In this document: positions 61,101 through 64,000 of the stretch, piece after piece
Position numbering within the stretch: the stretch's first letter is position 1
Layout: each line of letters opens with the position of its first letter
Assembly (NCBI GenBank): GCA_002269645.1
Contig: NIVC01002434.1
Coordinates: 62,001 to 126,000, forward strand
Reading direction: 5' to 3'
From: Macrostomum lignano
Taxonomy: Eukaryota
DNA: 64,000 nt
The notes under the pieces: generated by a model
Database searches by the model: none
Told to the model about the DNA's origin: nothing
What the model saw: only the letters and a program-made list of their open reading frames with translations
Made by a program: the position numbers and the translations under genes

Positions 61101-63630
61101 ACAGAGTCAGTCTGCAACCCCTCCCCTACAAAGTCAGTCTGCAACCCCTCCCCTACAGAGTCAGTCTGCAACCCCTCCCCTACAGAGTCAGTCTGCAACC
61201 CCTTCCCCCCACAGAGTCAGTCTGCAACCCTCCCCCCCCCACAGAGTCAGCCTGCAACCCCTCCCCCCACAGAGTCAGTCTGCAACCCCTCCCCCCACAG
61301 AGTCAGTCTGCAACCCCTTCCCCCCCCCACAGAGTCAGTCTGCAACCCCTCCCGCACAGAGTCAGTCTGCAACCCCTCCCCCTACAGAGTCAGTCTGCAA
61401 CCCCTCCCCCTACAGAGTCAGTCTTCAACCCCTTCTCAGTGCTCATATGTAACAATTGAGCAAATCAAAATGTACCAATAGTTACGAGTACAACAACAGG
61501 AAAGGAGTGAGTGCATCGATAGTCTAAACGCTTGACAATCAAGTTTACAAGCATATATATATCGAGTACGAAGTTTTCGATTATGATTTTGTAATATCGT
61601 GAAACAAATAGAAAAAATTCCGTTTAATCTCTGGGTTTTATCTCAACAGATCAATGTATTATTGTTAGTTGGTTAGCTCCATACTGTAGCGAATATCAAT
61701 ACTGACATCCGGCAATTGAATTCATACAATCCAGGTGACTGACAAACCAGTGCACGAGTTTAGTAGTCACCTCCCGACACCAGATAAAACAGACTATTAA
61801 AATTTCTAGTTGAATCTCACCATAAACAATACTTCAGAAGCCTGAAACGAGGAAGTTAACTTTTGATGAAGATAGCTTTTCTTTCATTAATTAATAAAAC
61901 TGTTCCCCAACAATATCGCGAGGGAGTGCTCAAAGCGAAATGTGCCGTTAAACTATCAATTAAGCAATTAAGCAACTCTACAACTGGGTTAAGTGGCACT
62001 CAGCTAACTCAAGCTCTTTTCACTTCTACTAACCCTCTCTCCTCCCCTCTATCGCTCTCTTTCCCCTCTATCCCTCTCCTTCCCCTCTATCCCTCTCTCC
62101 TCCCCTCTATCCCTCTCTCTTTCCCCTCTATCCCTCTCTCCTCCCCTCTATCCCTCTCTCTTTCCCCTCTATCCCTCTCTCCTCCCCTCTATCCCTGTCT
62201 CTTTCCCCTCTATCCCTCTCTCTTTCCCTCTATCCCTCTCTCCTCCCCTCTATCCCTCTCTCTTTCCCCTCTATCCCTCTCCTTCCCCTCTATCCCTCTC
62301 TCTTTCCCCTCTATCCCTCTCTCCTCCCCTCTATCCCTCTCCTTCCCCTCTATCCCCCTCTTTCCCCTCTATCCCTCTCTCTTTCCCCTCTATCCCTCTC
62401 TCCTCCCCTCTATCCCTCTCTCATCCCCCTCTATCCCTCTCTTTCCCCTCTATCCCTCTCTCCTCCCCTCTATCCATCTCTCCTCCCCTCTATCCCTCTC
62501 TCTTTCCCCTCTATCCCTCTCTCCTCCCCTCTATCGCTCTCTCTTTCCCCTCTATCCCTCTCTTTCCCCTCTATCCCTCTCTTTCCCCTCTATCCCTCTC
62601 TCTTTCCCCTCTATCCCTCTCTCCTCCCCTCTATCCCTCTCTCCTCCCCTCTATCCCTCTCTCTTTCCCCTCTATACCTCTCCTTCCCCTCTATCCCTCT
62701 CTCTTTCCCCTCTATCCCTCTCTCCTCCCCTCTATCCCTCTCCTTCCCCTCTATCCCTCTCTTTCCCCTCTATCCCTCTCTCTTTCCCCTCTATCCCTCT
62801 CTCCTCCCCTCTATCCCTCTCTCCTCCCCTCTATCCCTCTCTCTTTCCCCTCTATCCCTCTCTTTCCCCTCTATCCCTCTCTCCTCCCCTCTATCCCTCT
62901 CTCTTTCCCCTCTATCCCTCTCTCCTCCCCTCTATCCCTCTCTCTTTCCCCTCTATCCCTCTCTCTTTCCCCTCTATCCCTCTCTCCTTCCCCTCTATCC
63001 CTCTCTCCTCCCCCTCTACCCCTCTCTCCTCCCCCTCTATCCCTCTCTCCTTCCCATCTACCCCTCTCCCCAACCCTCTAACCTCTCTCTCCTTCCTTTC
63101 TACCCATTCTCCTTACCATCTATCTTCAATATCAGCCAGCGTATATAAAACCATATTTTTGCAGCAAAAAGACATACAAAAATAAAACAAAATACAAAAA
63201 TCAGTGCAAAAATCTACCGACAAAGTCAGGGCAATCATGATTACCTCCTTCCTGAAGAAGAACTTCAGCACAGTCGGCACGGATTTCATTCCGTACAGGA
63301 TGTACTCCTCTTTGATCACGTTCGACGCAATGTCGTAAAATTTCAGCTCCCGTCCAGTTGTTGACAGCACAAGCTTGTGGCAGTTGTCCATGAACACGGC
63401 GTCGATGACCCACTCGCTGAATAGCCGCTTGCCGGCAGAGCTGCCCGCCGTTGCCAGGTCAACCGGTGGATTCTGCGTCTCAAGATGGGATTCGAGTTTG
63501 AGCAGGCAGTCCCACAGCATGATGCAGCCGGTCTTGCTGACTGAGATCGGCCGAGTTGGACTGCCGGTCAGCAGCAGGCGGGCTGTTGGTTCTTGCTGTT
63601 GGTTTCGGGTGAAGCGGTTTATACTACTTG
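52190..63630 (-). CDS. WD40-repeat protein, WDR49/WDR64/EFCAB8-like; 5' end probably outside the window
   Basis: Phase-consistent exons: 63245-about 63630, 59883-60576, 58171-58574, 57756-57937, 57063-57495, 55041-55211, 54157-54232, 53971-54116, 53672-53755, 52828-52974, 52190-52429. Motifs LLVTGSHDHLVRFWNPYV..LEGH, HEDDILS and FRAH. Confidence 0.85.
53020..53612. repeat. 31-bp minisatellite gccagttaacagttaacataacagagccata, intronic
   Basis: About 19 copies. Confidence 0.95.
54265..54599. mobile_element. MITE/foldback with about 75-bp TIRs, intronic
   Basis: gatgtgaacttgagagttaaaatggagcc..gggtccc..ttccttcatttggagc is inverted at about 54525-54599. Confidence 0.8.
55444..56578. mobile_element. 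Foldback element with about 148-bp TIRs enclosing a 27-28-bp minisatellite
   Basis: 55444-55591 and 56432-56578 are reverse complements with scattered mismatches. Internal array ctgaggtttattccagggaagtttatg at 55735-56270. Confidence 0.85.
58630..58842. repeat. 22-bp minisatellite atcgctgagtcatgttgtcagc, intronic
   Basis: About 9-10 copies, each containing TGAGTCA. Confidence 0.92.
60680..61437. repeat. About 28-bp minisatellite acagagtcagtctgcaaccc(C-run), intronic
   Basis: Direct, with a variable C-run. Confidence 0.92.
62030..63110. repeat. About 1.1-kb polypyrimidine tract (cccctctatccctctctctt)n, intronic
   Basis: Direct. Confidence 0.95.
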
Positions 63631-63833
63631 TACAGACGAGTTAGTGAGTAGTATGTTACGCTATTTGAATCTTGTCTTTTGTTCATTTGTCGATTGAAGC
63701 AAGAAATTATGCTATCTAGACGGGATTTCTGATCCGCAAGGAAAGCCCCTGATTTATTAGTCAATGTCCTTGCTTCATAAGATTACCTCATTGACGAAAG
63801 GATTCACTTTGCTCGATTTCAATATTTTTTATT

Positions 63834-64000
63834 AGAGGCAGGGGGGTTGTGTGCACCCTGGCGCACTTTAAGCGACATAGGCACACAACCGGCGAGAGGC
63901 ATTACTGCCCATTCCGCCGACTCCCCTGAGCAGGCATACAAGCGCGAGGATACGTACGCAGGCACACACTCACACAGGAGTGTACAGCGGCCCTAACTTT
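63834..64000. mobile_element. Copy of the about 180-bp dispersed structured repeat
   Basis: Reverse-complement match to 29221-29402. Runs to the window edge. Confidence 0.8.

Noticed and set aside
60587-63185. Pro/Ser/Leu-rich ORFs of 211-440 aa
   Set aside because: Low-complexity intronic repeats antisense to the WD40 gene.
63834-64000. Hammerhead or HDV-like ribozyme in the dispersed repeat
   Set aside because: No CUGAUGA/GAAA core was found and the HDV P1/P3 nesting could not be satisfied by hand.

Overview
Eukaryotic, repeat-rich genomic DNA with GT-AG introns. The gene and repeat content suggest an invertebrate, possibly a free-living flatworm such as Macrostomum (inference only). Six host genes can be reconstructed by eye: (1) a 9-exon coiled-coil protein with an N-terminal LIR-like motif (+, 7279-23650); (2) a 5-exon deoxynucleoside kinase, dNK/TK2-like (+, 28649-30358); (3) an intronless ENaC/DEG-family channel (-, 37090-38982); (4) an intronless orphan of about 500 aa with a possible degenerate G-domain pattern (+, 46340-47899); (5) an allatostatin-A/galanin-type GPCR (+, about 49733-51462); (6) the 3' part of a WDR49/WDR64/EFCAB8-like WD40 gene (-, 52190 to >63630). 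Intron 1 of gene 1 holds a young, full-length Ty3/Gypsy element (-, 8185-17272). It has LTRs about 99% identical, a TATA target-site duplication, a tRNA-Leu-type PBS and a GGGAAAC -1 frameshift site. Its two most unusual features are an extra non-env ORF3 and several LTR-internal boxes that match tRNA-Leu. The first 6.6 kb holds two decayed Gypsy relics, a truncated RTE-like LINE and palindromic MITE-like elements. More than 20 tandem arrays and several foldback elements fill introns and intergenic space. All coordinates and splice models were read by eye and no database search was run.
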